A stretch of 64,000 nt of DNA from contig NC_091473.1 in NCBI RefSeq assembly GCF_036971445.1, positions 40,114,001 to 40,178,000 on the forward strand, in the 5' to 3' direction. Positions 61,300 to 64,000 of the stretch are shown piece by piece. The DNA is from Narcine bancroftii. Taxonomy: Eukaryota. The position numbers were made by a program, and so were the translations under genes. Numbering within the stretch: position 1 is the first letter of the stretch; each line of letters begins with the position of its first letter. Under the pieces are notes generated by a model. That model was not told the origin of the DNA, did no database searches, and was given only the letters and a program-made list of their open reading frames with translations.

Positions 61300-61393
61300 G
61301 TAAAGTATGAATCGCACTAGCAAAAATAAAATTACAATATCTTCTGGAAATTCATTATATTAACATTTAAACTGTTTTCTTTATTTTATGCAG

Positions 61394-61444
61394 AATGATT
61401 TTGTGAACACTCAGACAAAAATTCTGCCTCAAAGAATATTGAAG
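61394..61444 (+). CDS. ITIH3-like gene 2 exon 2 (propeptide, 51 nt)
   Basis: cag|AAT...AAG|gtat. NDFVNTQTKILPQRILK, phase 0-0. Confidence 0.6.
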
Positions 61445-62397
61445 GTATAAAGAAGAAAATGTGTTAAGGGCCTTCCATCTAATTACATAAAATTAATAAA
61501 GTAAAGGGGTTAGTCACTTTGTCTGATTTTCACATGCCCAAGAGTTTGAAAACTTAATTATGTTATGCTGTCATCTTAACTCACTATTAATAAATCTCTC
61601 AACAAAAGCATGTTTCTTATCTTTTTCACCCTTTATTTACAACAATGGCACATTGTTGAAGCATTGTTGGATTACAAATAAATGAGTACTTTTGTTTTAT
61701 TAATCCTCATTAAATCATTAAGCTATAATACTATTTGGATTCTAATATGCTGTAACAATGACTACTGGTTTAATTTGGTTTTATTTTCCTTCCCATCTAC
61801 TAATTGTTGGAAGTGAATATCTTTTCAATTACTTCAAATTATATACTCTAGCAGTAGTGTTATGTAAATCTATTCTCAACTGCAATATTTAATGCCATTC
61901 TACCATGTTTATTATGGGTATTATGTGTACCATGTGTATAGTACTGATTGATAGTTCTTCACCTCTCTGAAGACTTCAGGTTTTTTTTGTGCCCAGACAG
62001 TAGTCATAAGGCAAACAATGTTATGAACGTCAGGTACCAATACATTTTGCAATTATTAGTACAAGTTTCCTGTAATAGAGTATTTATTAGATTGCAATAA
62101 TATGTACATTATTTGTTAATTCAGTGTTAACTGTTAATTAACAAAATTAGACTTATCCAATGCATGTGTATAATGTGCATTTATTTATTTTACAAACAAA
62201 ATTCTATGATCGAATTGCATCTGAGATCCTATCAAAGGTTGGTGTTCATTGACTCCTCTATTGAATAAAAAAAAGTAATTATTAATTTATTGAAATTTAA
62301 TTTGTTCTTTTATTGTTTGTTGTGCCTGTATAAATTGTGTGTATCCTGTTCAAATTTTATAACACTGATATATTTATTTTATTATTGCTTGAAACAG

Positions 62398-62424
62398 AAG
62401 AGGAGTGCCAGCAATCACCAGAAA
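62398..62424 (+). CDS. ITIH3-like gene 2 exon 3 (27 nt, dibasic site)
   Basis: cag|AAG AGG AGT...AAA|gtacgt. KRSASNHQK. Confidence 0.7.
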
Positions 62425-63381
62425 GTACGTGTGAATCTTCCTTTTCTATTTAACTCAATAATATTTAAGTTACCTTTTAAGATACAGGATCATTTGTATC
62501 AACATCATTATATTGCTTCATTCTCTAGGAAGATTTTGATTAAGCTGATTTTGATGATTCAATAATTGTATGCAAATACAGTATCTCAGGGGATATCATC
62601 TATACTTTATGACCATTTTTAACAAAATATAATGGCTGAGATTCTTCAGAGATATGTCAGAAATTCACAGGAGAATTGTCTATAATTTTAGCATTTTGTG
62701 CATATTCAGAAATGTGTCTGTTCACATGACATTTATTAAATAAGCTTCAATGCTGGGCTCCATGTGGAACCCAGAAATGTGGAAAAATGTGGAACCCAGA
62801 ATGGGAGCAGCAATTGGACACAATATTATGCACTTATATTCTAGACGTCAGTTTGGACTTGGCAGAGTGATGACATTGCCATTAATTTCGGTGGTAGTGA
62901 TTGGCCAAAAGAGACTAAAGCCATCATTTGCTCATTTGGATTGTTACATATTATTTGAGCTTATTTAAATGTTACAAAGGTTTTAATGGTTTTGGAATAG
63001 TTCTAAATGTCAGAAACATTCAGAGTTTCGACATCCTTGACAACTGGCAGGGATTGTTTGTGGATGAGGCTGTGCCTCATCCAACCCCTGCGAGATCCCT
63101 GCCAGCCCAATCCACGCCACCCTTCTCACTTGATTACATCATACACCTAAGTCTTTGAATCTTTGTAGGATTTGACATGAATGATGGAGTTTCTACTGTG
63201 GAACCACACTAGATCAGTCCAAACATTTACTGAGATCAGCAGTGAGTGCTGGGATTTTAAGCACAAATTCAAGACCATTGCTATGTTTCCATTGAAGATT
63301 GCCTAGCACTAATGCAACTCTGATGTTAGTTTGTTTCCTCATTCAGTTCTTACTAAAATGTACCTCCTTGATTTCATCCAG

Positions 63382-63548
63382 CCTCTGAGAGAGCTTGAAA
63401 TCTACAGCATGAAGATCGATTCAAAAGTAACATCTCGATATGCTTATAATGTGATAACTAGCCGTGTGATAAATCGAGCTAATGTGTCGAAGGAAGTCTT
63501 CTTTGACATAGAGCTACCTAAAACAGCCTTCATCTCCAACTTCAGCAT
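63382..63548 (+). CDS. ITIH3-like gene 2 exon 4 (VIT domain); gene continues beyond the window
   Basis: cag|CCT...AT|gtgcg. PLRELEIYSMKIDSKVTSRYAYNVITSRVINRANVSKEVFFDIELPKTAFISNFS. Confidence 0.92.
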
Positions 63549-64000
63549 GTGCGTATCAGCTTCGTTATATAATCAAAATAAGTATTTAACATAGAAGAGT
63601 TTTTTTTTTCTGATTGCGTACTTGGTTTGAATAACATAATGATCAATATGGTGCTCAGCAGTGTTTCTGGTTGAAAAATGAACAAAGCTGTAAAGTATAC
63701 CTAAACTTAACCTCCAAAAACTGATGGAGAACCTTGCAAGCATGTTCAGATTCGACAAGTGAAAGTCAGGCAAAATTCAAGTAGATGAACAGTTAAAACT
63801 GAGCAAGTTATTATGTGATCAAAATCTGACCCTCTCCTACCCTCTGATCCAAACTTGCTATGTTGTTCATGTACTCAAGGTGCCTGCCTACAGCATCAAT
63901 TCCTATTACATCAAAATGACCTTGACTATAATTGAAGTGATGCCTGAGGTTTACACTCACCTTAGTTGGTCCAGAAGCTTGCAGCTGTCAGGAAGGATAA

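Noticed and set aside
60964-61320. 118-aa ORF as a single-exon gene
   Set aside because: Only its last part (from ATG 61210 to the donor at 61300) is the signal-peptide exon. The rest is promoter/UTR.

Overview
Vertebrate genomic DNA, most likely a cartilaginous fish judging by the repeat repertoire (V-SINE/HE1-like and SacSINE1-like SINEs, CR1, Rex1-type, Penelope). All calls were made by eye, with no database searches. The window holds two tandem + strand inter-alpha-trypsin inhibitor heavy chain (ITIH3-like) genes. Gene 1 is 5'-incomplete. I read 19 coding exons from 1326 to the stop at 51346, covering the end of the VIT domain, a vWA domain with MIDAS, a linker built from phase-1 micro-exons, the DPHFII cleavage motif and the C-terminal ITI-HC domain. 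Gene 2 starts at ATG 61210 behind a liver-type promoter and runs off the window after its fourth exon. Introns and the intergenic region are filled with nested, mostly decayed transposons, many with readable target-site duplications (TSDs). The most unusual items are: (i) a class III (ERV-L-like) retroviral remnant with an env-like region, inverted relative to its single LTR and nested in a Penelope element; (ii) Penelope-derived palindromes with hammerhead-ribozyme-like cores; (iii) a CsRn1-clade Gypsy element with a CHCC gag and a GGGAAAC slippery site; (iv) a tRNA-Thr SINE with a LINE-like tail; (v) a DRSFS MIDAS variant and the micro-exon linker in the ITIH gene. I found no evidence of a wholly new multi-gene system.
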